DNA of 44,136 bases from contig JBFMCE010000020.1 in assembly GCA_040754655.1 (NCBI GenBank), positions 1 through 44,136 of the forward strand, in the 5' to 3' direction. The stretch comes from Bdellovibrionota bacterium (lineage in GTDB: Bacteria > Bdellovibrionota > UBA1018 > UBA923). Made by a program: the position numbers and the translations under genes. Of this stretch, positions 27,180 to 35,252 are shown piece by piece; the stretch's first letter is position 1; each line of letters starts with the position of its first letter. The notes under the pieces are model-generated. The model saw only the letters and a list, made by a program, of their open reading frames with translations, did not search any database and was not told the origin of the DNA.

Positions 27180-28556
27180 TTAGCGCGCACGAAGCAACGC
27201 AGCTCTCTGCCTGCGGTAGGCATTGTCGATTTTTCTTATCCGCCTGGAATGACTCTCTCGACGCCCTGGCTCATCCCAAAACGCCCTGTATTCTTCTTCG
27301 GGGAGAAACGCGAACATCTCTCCCAGATTATCATGAGTGAGTTCGCTTGAACGCGGCGCCTCGTGGAATTTTTGCATGCGGCTCGCATAATCAGGGTTCT
27401 TTAGGGCGATTTCTCGAACTTCAGTTTCAATGGCATCGGCAATCCTTGAAAACACTGCTTCAAGCTGCGAAAGCTCGTGCTGGGCCATTCGTATCTCGCC
27501 CTCGTGCTCAAAGAATTCGAAGCGAATGCTGATACCCCTGCTTTCCATCAAGCGTAGGTCGGCTCGAACAATATTGAGCCATCCTTGAACTTTCTTTAGA
27601 TGCTCTTCGAAACGTTTTCGACTGCCTTGCGGCCACTCATGCGCATTGACGTATCTTTGGACTTTGCCTAAATTCCATTCCCCAAGCTGTAGAAGCAATT
27701 TCATTTCATCCATAGAAATTTTTCGGTGTCGAAGACCCAGGTAGGGCCGAAGCAAATAATCGACAATGCCCTCAATGACCCCAAATCGAAAGCCCTCACC
27801 ATAAATCGATGCGGAATGAGAGCCAAACGAAACCCTAGGATGTGATTGCAAAAAACGCGCGAAAAAATCAGGAGTATTGATGTTCCTTCCTTTGAGCAAT
27901 GCCGGGCCCCTCAAGCCTGTCTTCCCTTCGGTGGTCGAAAACAGCCATCCCTTCTGTTCTTTGATCACCTGGTCTACGGCCGCTCTCAAAGACCCATCGT
28001 AAGTTCTGATTTTAAACGGATACCGTTTACTAGCATGACGAAAATATTCCGGAACCAATAAGACCGCATGCTCAGGAATACGAAAGTCACCTAAAACAAA
28101 GGAGTCGTGCACCGAGAGATTCACCAACTGGTTCTCTAACGACTTCAGAGGCAGAACCAGGGCGAATTTCTTTCTATCCCAGCTTTGTTGAGAACCCCGA
28201 GCGACGTGTGACGCCGCCAACCCGCCCAATGAAAAATGAAGCGTCGTCCGGAAGTGAGGTGCATAAGGATCCAATTCGACGTCGTCGTAGTGATGAGCAA
28301 CCGCATTGGCGATCAAACTCCCCTCTTCTGGAAAGAGATCGGTCGCATGCACTGCGAAGGTTCTCTCTTCAAGAGTATCCAGCGCGGGGCTTTGGGCAGA
28401 AGGCACTGCGAACCTAAAACCAGGTTCTTTTTTGGACGCACAAAGCCTCTGTCCCAGATTCCCAAACACGGGTAGCTCGTTAGAGCGGGCGACCCCTTGA
28501 CCGTATACTAAAAGGAAAACGAGAATCGTGATCTCAACTCTATGCTTCAAACACAC
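27180..28556 (-). CDS. Exported hypothetical protein, possible ADP-ribosyltransferase-like fold
   Basis: Hydrophobic N-terminus; AVHAT...RTTLHFS pattern; start uncertain. Confidence 0.65.
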   Translation of the reverse strand: MCLKHRVEITILVFLLVYGQGVARSNELPVFGNLGQRLCASKKEPGFRFAVPSAQSPALDTLEERTFAVHATDLFPEEGSLIANAVAHHYDDVELDPYAPHFRTTLHFSLGGLAASHVARGSQQSWDRKKFALVLPLKSLENQLVNLSVHDSFVLGDFRIPEHAVLLVPEYFRHASKRYPFKIRTYDGSLRAAVDQVIKEQKGWLFSTTEGKTGLRGPALLKGRNINTPDFFARFLQSHPRVSFGSHSASIYGEGFRFGVIEGIVDYLLRPYLGLRHRKISMDEMKLLLQLGEWNLGKVQRYVNAHEWPQGSRKRFEEHLKKVQGWLNIVRADLRLMESRGISIRFEFFEHEGEIRMAQHELSQLEAVFSRIADAIETEVREIALKNPDYASRMQKFHEAPRSSELTHDNLGEMFAFLPEEEYRAFWDEPGRRESHSRRIRKIDNAYRRQRAALLRAR

Positions 28557-28666
28557 AAAGATAGTTTATCTGATCGATTGTGCGAATAGTCTGGTTGTTT
28601 TAAAGAAGAAACTCGCCATCGGCAGTTATTTCCTTGTTGCGCCAGCGGCGAAGAAGGGGCCTTGAT

Positions 28667-28861
28667 TTGATCAGTGAACAGGAAATCTCCACGCAGTGTC
28701 CTTATTGTTTCTCTCCGATCGTCGTCGTCTGCGAACCGTTTTCAGGCACTCAGACCTACGTGGAAGACTGCGAAGTTTGTTGCAAACCCATTCAAATCTC
28801 TTATAGGACTGACGAAGACTCGAACATCACTGAGTTCAGCGCAAAACGCCTGGACGAGTGA
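28667..28861 (+). CDS. CPXCG-type cysteine-rich small protein
   Basis: CPYC...QTYVEDCEVCCKPI signature; TTG start after AAGGGG. Confidence 0.85.
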   Translation: MISEQEISTQCPYCFSPIVVVCEPFSGTQTYVEDCEVCCKPIQISYRTDEDSNITEFSAKRLDE

Positions 28862-28963
28862 CTGTTTAACTCTTAGCCACCTGTAAGGCCTGCTCTGCAT
28901 AGAAACATTACGAGCCCCAACCTCAGCATCAATAAAAAATGAATGATTTCAAACGCTTAACAA

Positions 28964-28979
28964 TGGCATCCCGCTTGCT
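28964..28979 (+). promoter_or_regulatory. Sigma54 promoter with upstream IHF-like site
   Basis: TGGCAT-CCCGC-TTGCT; TTTCAA-ACGC-TTA just upstream resembles the IHF consensus WATCAA-N4-TTR. Confidence 0.75.
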
Positions 28980-29019
28980 AGCTATTGCTTTGTTGTGTTG
29001 TTAAAAGCGAGGTTGTTTT

Positions 29020-29784
29020 ATGAAATCATCTGTCTCTTTGATCGTTGGTCTTTCAATTTTTTCAGCGCTAACATTGGCAGGAAATGCAGCTGCCAGAGAA
29101 CGTTCTTATAAAACCATAAGAACTGAGACCTCAATTGAAGCTTCTCGTGACTCTGAAGACTCAGACCTTTCCGGCGACCGCATCGGAGTGCTTTTCGGGA
29201 CAAACCTTTCAAGCGCTCATCATGCTTATGATTCGATCGAGGGAAAATCAAAGCTCTCTTTGCCAGAGCACGGAAAGTTCTCTGCCGCATTCGGCGCGAG
29301 TTATGAAACTTCAATTTACATCAACCACGTTTTCTTGCAGCCTGAAGTGCATTACCTTCGGAGAGAACTCGTATTGAGAAACTTCGATGTCCCTAGCCGT
29401 GTATCCGAACACGCTTCCGTCTCGATGCATTACCTGCAATTCCCGTTGCTCGTTAAAGGCAAGCTCTATGCCTCTGACTTTGAATTCAGCGCTTTTACCG
29501 GACCATTCTTGGGTTATGTTGTTTCTAGCCGAACAGACACGGTGAGGATCAACTTCAACAACCGCTCAGAAGATTCGCAGATGACCGCAGGAAAGAATGC
29601 CTTGCACAAGCTTGACTACGGCATCGTCGCAGGCTTGGGAACAGGCTACCGCTTCACCAAGACGATCACCGGCGTTCTCAACGCGCGATTGAACTATGGG
29701 ATGCGGTCGCTGCTCAAACCAACGCAACTTGATTATCGCTCAAGCGATATCGCCTTTCACGCCGGAGTGCAGTTTACGATCTAA
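29020..29784 (+). CDS. Outer-membrane beta-barrel (porin/PorT-like) protein
   Basis: Signal peptide; LQPEVHY, YLQFPLL, GPFLGY, DYGIVAGLG; terminal GVQFTI. Confidence 0.85.
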   Translation: MKSSVSLIVGLSIFSALTLAGNAAARERSYKTIRTETSIEASRDSEDSDLSGDRIGVLFGTNLSSAHHAYDSIEGKSKLSLPEHGKFSAAFGASYETSIYINHVFLQPEVHYLRRELVLRNFDVPSRVSEHASVSMHYLQFPLLVKGKLYASDFEFSAFTGPFLGYVVSSRTDTVRINFNNRSEDSQMTAGKNALHKLDYGIVAGLGTGYRFTKTITGVLNARLNYGMRSLLKPTQLDYRSSDIAFHAGVQFTI

Positions 29785-29790
29785 AAAAGC

Positions 29791-30423
29791 TTACCGAGCG
29801 CATGCAGTGGCGGTGGTGTCTGCCTCCAACGCAGATGCCACCCAAATGCGATTGAGCGAAACTTGGTCATCAGGCAAGTCTTGAAAAGAATTCACTTCGA
29901 TTTCACGCGACCGCTCGAGGCTCAAGCCATCGTCTTTAAACGTAAGAACGGTCGCGATGGCTTGATCAATATTTTGAACCTCGCCCCGCTTGATCTGATC
30001 GACGTAAATCTCGATGGATTTTCCTTCGGTTTCACGAAGCTCAGTCAAAGAGCGACTGCCATCTTTCATCGTCGAAGTGATCACTGTCCTGCGAAGAGGG
30101 TCGAGGAAATGGGCAATCTCGACCGTCACGCCGTCTTTCTCAAACTTCTGATTTTTGGCCGTGAGAACAGGTTTTCCTGTCCAGAATTCTATCGTGTTAA
30201 ACAAGATGGCATCCAATAAGAGCGCGATCGGATAAACAGGAATGATGATGAAGGCGAGGTAGACGATCACACGAGGCAGCAACGACATGCGCAAGTTCCA
30301 CTTCGCTACGCTGCGAACGAGGTTGAAGTTTCCTCCGGCGCATCCGCTAAAACTCAGGCCGAAAAGCCCTAGGACCAACAAAACACAAAGTGAACGCACA
30401 GAATTCCGTTTCCATGAACGCAT
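29791..30423 (-). CDS. DUF3332-like lipoprotein
   Basis: FSGC lipobox; GNFNL..WN..IIPVY..DAILFNTIEFWTG pattern. Confidence 0.75.
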   Translation of the reverse strand: MRSWKRNSVRSLCVLLVLGLFGLSFSGCAGGNFNLVRSVAKWNLRMSLLPRVIVYLAFIIIPVYPIALLLDAILFNTIEFWTGKPVLTAKNQKFEKDGVTVEIAHFLDPLRRTVITSTMKDGSRSLTELRETEGKSIEIYVDQIKRGEVQNIDQAIATVLTFKDDGLSLERSREIEVNSFQDLPDDQVSLNRIWVASALEADTTATACAR

Positions 30424-30575
30424 AAAAGGGCCCCCCGCTATAAAACCAGTTTAAGCCCAAGCGGCTTGAAATCCAAAGCCGTTTTTCTGGCGAGGGGCCC
30501 TTTCTTGAACCACAAAACTCATTTGCGCCGAACAGAACGCCCACTAGGCAATCTTGCTTGGCGTGCCAAAACGAG

Positions 30576-30755
30576 CTAGTCGTTCACCTTTCGATCAAGG
30601 TCATCGACACCTTCGTCAAGCTTCTCGGCGCCTTCATCAACGCTCTCATCAACCTCTTCGCCGCCCCGCTCTAGCGGGCCATCGCGCCCAGCATCACAAC
30701 CGAACCCAAGCCCACCCAAAGCGATTAAAAGCGCTGCTAATAGAGTGTTTCGCAT
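30576..30755 (-). CDS. Small acidic lipoprotein
   Basis: AGGAGG SD, MRNTLL..GFGC lipobox, GPLERGGEEVDE pattern. Confidence 0.8.
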   Translation of the reverse strand: MRNTLLAALLIALGGLGFGCDAGRDGPLERGGEEVDESVDEGAEKLDEGVDDLDRKVND

Positions 30756-30781
30756 AAACCCTCCTAAAGAGGGATAAAGGC

Positions 30782-30797
30782 TGCAAAACAAGTGCCC
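30782..30797 (-). promoter_or_regulatory. Sigma54 promoter
   Basis: Minus strand GGGCAC-TTGTT-TTGCA upstream of the SD. Confidence 0.65.
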
Positions 30798-30822
30798 TAG
30801 TTTGCAATTGCAGCCCGCCGCC

Positions 30823-33800
30823 TTAACTGCTTGCGGCATTTTGCGGCTTATCGGCGCGAAACAAACAAACAGCGCTCACGTAAAAAACTTCGAATACAAC
30901 GAAGCCAGCGACCCACTCCAAGCCGCCCGAAGAGAATCCGTAAGAATGCAGTCCCGCGCCCAAGACGAAGTTCACCCCATACCAAGCCATGAGCACGGCC
31001 AGAAACGAAGCGACGCTTAACACCGCAAAACCAAATTGTTTTACCCAACCTGTGAAGCGTGCATGCAAAATAGCCAGATAACAAAGCAATGCGATCAAAG
31101 CCCAAGTCTCTTTCGGGTCCCACCCCCAAAATCGCCCCCACGAGTAATCAGCCCAAACCCCGCCCAAAATTGTTCCTGCCGCTAAGAGCACCACGCCAAA
31201 TTGCATCGCGCGGTAAGTGAGTTGATTGAGCTCAGTGATCCGCTTTGCATTGAAAAATGAGCGACGCAGGGGCTTACCCAGGTAATGGTAGAGCGTGTAG
31301 TTCGCGATTCCCAGTGCTAGCAAAAAGGCTGCGTACCCTAGCGTGATGGTGAGCACATGCACTGTGAGCCAGAAATTGTCGCGCAGCACGGGCACCAAGG
31401 GCTGAATCGTAGGATCAAGGCTCACAGGCGCCGCCTGCGCTGAAAGCAGCGCCAAAGCGCTCAACACGCAAGCGATGGGCAAAACAAGGCGCTGCCTCTG
31501 CCAAAACATGAGGATCATCGAAAAAACGACCACCCCGAAGCTGACCCACACCACCGATTCATACATATTGGTCACCGGAGGCCTTCCAGCGACATAGGAA
31601 CGCAGGGCCATCCCATACAAGTGCGCGGCAAAAGCCATGGCAGTGCTCATAGCCGCGCAATATATAAATACTTTTGATTTGTTTAGATTTAGGCCAAAGA
31701 GCCACAAAAAAGCTGCGACCAGGTACGCGGTCCACGCGACCGAAAAAGGTTTTGAGACATTGTACAGCCATTCCGCGTACAGCTTGCGCGCAAGCGAAGG
31801 GTTCCATCCCGGAATCGCGCGCTCAACACTCCCCCGGGCATCGGCCGCGATCCTCTCGAATTCAGCGCGATTGCCTGAATCGTAGGCGGCGATCAGCGCG
31901 TAAAACCGGTACTTTATCTCAGCTCCTTCCGGGCTTCGTTTTTCAGCGATGCTCATCCATGCGTCATCACGGCCGGGCGTGGGCACCACTCGCCACAACC
32001 CGCCAGAGACGATCTCTTGGAAAAGAATGATGCGGTCGATGATCTTCTTGAACTCATCTTCCGTCGAACCCGCCCTTGCGTTGGGCCGGGCCCCTCGCTT
32101 TGCCTGTTGCTGGAACAAGGGGTTATTCAAAAGCTCTTCAGGCGAAAAGAACCTCTTGTTCTCGTCGAGCAAGAGCGTTTTTTTGACCTTCTTGTTCGAG
32201 ATCTTGACGAACTCTTTTTTTCGCCACTCTTCAGGGCGAGCGGTGATCGAGAACAAGAACTCCACCGGTCTCCATCCCTCATACGAAGCGCTTCCCGTAA
32301 GGAAAAGCATCGACTCCCGTGCAAGCGAATCCAAGGGTTTCAACCGCCCGCCCGACTGCACCGGGATGCGCTCGACCTCGCGATACAACCAAGAGCCTCT
32401 CTTTTCAATTTTGCGGGCTTGCTCGGTCGCCTGCTCTGCTGACTGGTTCGCAAACGCCAGACCTTCTTTTTGCAAGCCGCCCAACACAAGCAGCGCAAAC
32501 ACCAGCGCCGACTGAGCCGCGGCACGCCTGTACTTCACCGCAAACAAAAGAATCGTTCCTAGTACTATCAAGAGAGCGCCTCCGTATTTGAGCCATCTTC
32601 CCGGATCGCGGTTCACTGAAAAAACCGAGACCGTCGGACGAGTGGGATCTTGAATGAAACTTGCTTGATAAACGGTAAAACCATCGCGCTTCAAAGGCTC
32701 ATTCATTTGCACTTTGGTCGAAGCCACGGTCGCCCCCTTCTCGATCACGCTCACATAAGACGTGTAAGCGGCCGGATTTTTACTGCCCGGATCGTGCGCG
32801 ATTTGAAAAGATTCCAGCTTCACCGAAAAAGGGAGGGTCATCCTCTTCGACTGGAAGACGAGGGTGAACTTCTCATTTCCTCTTTCAACGAGCACCCGGT
32901 CGTCAATCCCGAGCCAATGTTTTTTATTTATTCTGATCGCGGGTCCCGGCGCCTGATCACCAAACTGGATCTCGGAGGGTACGAACACTTTTTCTTGCAT
33001 TGCATGCGGGATCCATTCGAGCACTTCAAGCTTCATCCCCATCCAACCGGTTTCAAGCGTCTTGTTCTTGAGTTCGGCGAAAGGGATGAACCCCTTCTTC
33101 CCTTTCGGGGAAGACGACGACACATTCTCAAAACCAAGCCCGCCCCTGGAATCGACCGCGAACTTCACCCAACCCTTCGTGCCAGGCGCAATCACCGGGT
33201 CAATGAGTCTTTTGCCCAAACCTTTGAGTTCAAAATAAGCAGGACCAAGTTGATTGAAGCTCCAATTGAAATCACCAGCCCACAACCAGAACTCTTGGCC
33301 CGAGATGCCGAGCGGCCCGCCCACGAGCTTGATTTTCACGGCGGGCTGGGTCTTCAGGGGATCTCTCTCGGGCTTCAACGCAGCCACGAAGTTCATCACG
33401 GGCTCGGCGTGCGGGATGAAGGTATCAACCACGATGCCAGTTCCGCGCAACGGTATCGGTTTGAATTCAACATCGGGCGGAATCCAGGGCACATCGTAAA
33501 GCACCGAGCCCTTATCAGAAGTCAAAAGCAAGACGGATTCTTGAAATTCGACCGTGTTTTCGACGCGTTTTTCTTGGACGAAAAGATTGCCGTCAATGCC
33601 GAATCTTGAGGTCACCCATCCGCCGAAGAGCAAGATCAAGATACCCGCGTGGGCGAGCAGAAACGGGATGTGGCGCTTGTTCCACGGCCAGCGGCTAAGA
33701 GCCACACAAAGAATGTTGACGCCGAGTGCGCTGAGCACGCCTTGAAACCAACGCGCTTGGTAGACCCAATATTGCGCGGTTCGCGTATCATACTTCGACT

Positions 33801-33912
33801 CAAGCACGGTTCCCACGGCAAGCGCTGCCGCCAGGGTCACGATCACAACGACCGCGAACTTCAGCGACCACAACACCCGAAAGTATTGCAATAGGTTGCG
33901 AACTCGATGCAT
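30823..33912 (-). CDS. ccsBA: Fused System II cytochrome c synthase (ResB/CcsB + ResC/CcsA)
   Basis: N-terminal ResB TMs with His (LLAHAG), MNEPL motif; CcsA with PVTNMYE, WLTVHV, WWD motif WADYSWGRFWGWDPKETW, ILH and GLHSY. Confidence 0.92.
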   Translation of the reverse strand: MHRVRNLLQYFRVLWSLKFAVVVIVTLAAALAVGTVLESKYDTRTAQYWVYQARWFQGVLSALGVNILCVALSRWPWNKRHIPFLLAHAGILILLFGGWVTSRFGIDGNLFVQEKRVENTVEFQESVLLLTSDKGSVLYDVPWIPPDVEFKPIPLRGTGIVVDTFIPHAEPVMNFVAALKPERDPLKTQPAVKIKLVGGPLGISGQEFWLWAGDFNWSFNQLGPAYFELKGLGKRLIDPVIAPGTKGWVKFAVDSRGGLGFENVSSSSPKGKKGFIPFAELKNKTLETGWMGMKLEVLEWIPHAMQEKVFVPSEIQFGDQAPGPAIRINKKHWLGIDDRVLVERGNEKFTLVFQSKRMTLPFSVKLESFQIAHDPGSKNPAAYTSYVSVIEKGATVASTKVQMNEPLKRDGFTVYQASFIQDPTRPTVSVFSVNRDPGRWLKYGGALLIVLGTILLFAVKYRRAAAQSALVFALLVLGGLQKEGLAFANQSAEQATEQARKIEKRGSWLYREVERIPVQSGGRLKPLDSLARESMLFLTGSASYEGWRPVEFLFSITARPEEWRKKEFVKISNKKVKKTLLLDENKRFFSPEELLNNPLFQQQAKRGARPNARAGSTEDEFKKIIDRIILFQEIVSGGLWRVVPTPGRDDAWMSIAEKRSPEGAEIKYRFYALIAAYDSGNRAEFERIAADARGSVERAIPGWNPSLARKLYAEWLYNVSKPFSVAWTAYLVAAFLWLFGLNLNKSKVFIYCAAMSTAMAFAAHLYGMALRSYVAGRPPVTNMYESVVWVSFGVVVFSMILMFWQRQRLVLPIACVLSALALLSAQAAPVSLDPTIQPLVPVLRDNFWLTVHVLTITLGYAAFLLALGIANYTLYHYLGKPLRRSFFNAKRITELNQLTYRAMQFGVVLLAAGTILGGVWADYSWGRFWGWDPKETWALIALLCYLAILHARFTGWVKQFGFAVLSVASFLAVLMAWYGVNFVLGAGLHSYGFSSGGLEWVAGFVVFEVFYVSAVCLFRADKPQNAASS

Positions 33913-33968
33913 GAGAGATGTCCTTAGCGCAATGTTATCAGAGTCTTGAGCCGTGTCACTTTCTCAAT

Positions 33969-35252
33969 TTACGGACGCGCAGCTCTTTCAAGCTCGATCC
34001 AACGAATCAGATCGGCTTCATCGCTTTGCGGGTTCCCGATCAAGGTAAACGCACCCACGGGTTGATGCCCGTACTGGCCTTTTGGTTTCGCGACGATCAA
34101 CGAGAGATTCGGCACGGGCAAGTTCACGCGATTAAGCGCCGCATTGCACACGGTCTGATCATCACCAGTCATATTGAAAGCTCTGAACGCCGCGTTTGCA
34201 TTGTTGCCATGGCAGCTGATGCATTTTCCGTTGAGGATGTTGTTTCGGATTGCAGCGAAATTGGCCCTCGCATTTCCGCCAGCTTGGGCCTGGGTGAGGA
34301 TTCGGCAATCGCAAACCGCACCCAGTTGAAGAAGATCAAGATCAACGCCAATATTTCGGCCTAAGCTCTCTGGGAGATCAATGAGGACCGAAGGAATAGT
34401 GCGGGTCGCTGCCGCAGGAGCGCAAGACGACGCAAGAAGTTGATGAAATCCAATATTGTGAACATCGTCTTGAAGAAAACGAATATTCTCAATGTTGATT
34501 GCAGCGCCGGTTGGGCCAACCAATCTCGCCGCTATCACGCGGTTGCTCAAAAGAGCCGCGCTATAGATGACGTCAAACTCAAGGCGTCCGCCGGCAAGCC
34601 TTGCACCGATGCCTGGCGCGGTGTTCAGATTGAACACCAGCCTAGTCGGGGTCCGGACGTCGGTCGATACGGTTGCGGGAAGAGCTACGTTGGGGAACCT
34701 CACGCCTCGAAACGTATTTCCATTGCCGGACGGCGGGGGCGGCGAAGCCCCAGGTGAAGCGCTGGGGCTAGGCAAAGGAGCAAGGTTGAGTGCTGCCTCT
34801 GCTTGGGCCCAAGTGCGAATGCCGTCAATCCAAGCTGTTTGTGATTGGCTGGGGCAGTTTCCGCCATTGATATTGCAATGGCCATCAGTCGCTTTGATCG
34901 TGAGACGAGAAGTCGCAGGCGAATCAAAACCAGCTTCACCAACGGCGCGACGAGCTTCGCTGTACGCAAGATTCATGTCTTGCGCGGCAAACGAGGGATC
35001 TCTTGTTGCATGACAAGTCACGCAACGCGCTTGATCAATGACAGGTTTCAACGTCGACGCAAACGCAGAAAGACGATCAGTGGCTACCGCAGGAACAGTG
35101 CGTTTCACAACTTGGGCCGCTGGCGAGAAACTCACCAGAGGCGCAAGCTCTGCACCATCTTTGTCGCCTGTCACAAGATTGCATGCTTGTGTGAGGAGAC
35201 CTGCCAAGCCAATCGCTGCGATCAAAGAAGGTCGTTTCATCCAAACCACCAT
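33969..35252 (-). CDS. Diheme c-type cytochrome lipoprotein
   Basis: TQAC lipobox; CVTCH and CISCH in two similar domains, each followed by a GH and a C-terminal IRxW/LIRW helix. Confidence 0.8.
   Translation of the reverse strand: MVVWMKRPSLIAAIGLAGLLTQACNLVTGDKDGAELAPLVSFSPAAQVVKRTVPAVATDRLSAFASTLKPVIDQARCVTCHATRDPSFAAQDMNLAYSEARRAVGEAGFDSPATSRLTIKATDGHCNINGGNCPSQSQTAWIDGIRTWAQAEAALNLAPLPSPSASPGASPPPPSGNGNTFRGVRFPNVALPATVSTDVRTPTRLVFNLNTAPGIGARLAGGRLEFDVIYSAALLSNRVIAARLVGPTGAAINIENIRFLQDDVHNIGFHQLLASSCAPAAATRTIPSVLIDLPESLGRNIGVDLDLLQLGAVCDCRILTQAQAGGNARANFAAIRNNILNGKCISCHGNNANAAFRAFNMTGDDQTVCNAALNRVNLPVPNLSLIVAKPKGQYGHQPVGAFTLIGNPQSDEADLIRWIELERAARP

Noticed and set aside
30547..30568. TGGCAC on the minus strand as a sigma54 promoter for the DUF3332-like gene
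   Set aside because: The next TTGC is 11 bp away rather than 5, and sigma54 spacing is strict.
32650..33609. 319-aa plus-strand ORF
   Set aside because: Entirely antisense to ccsBA, with no motifs; shadow ORF.
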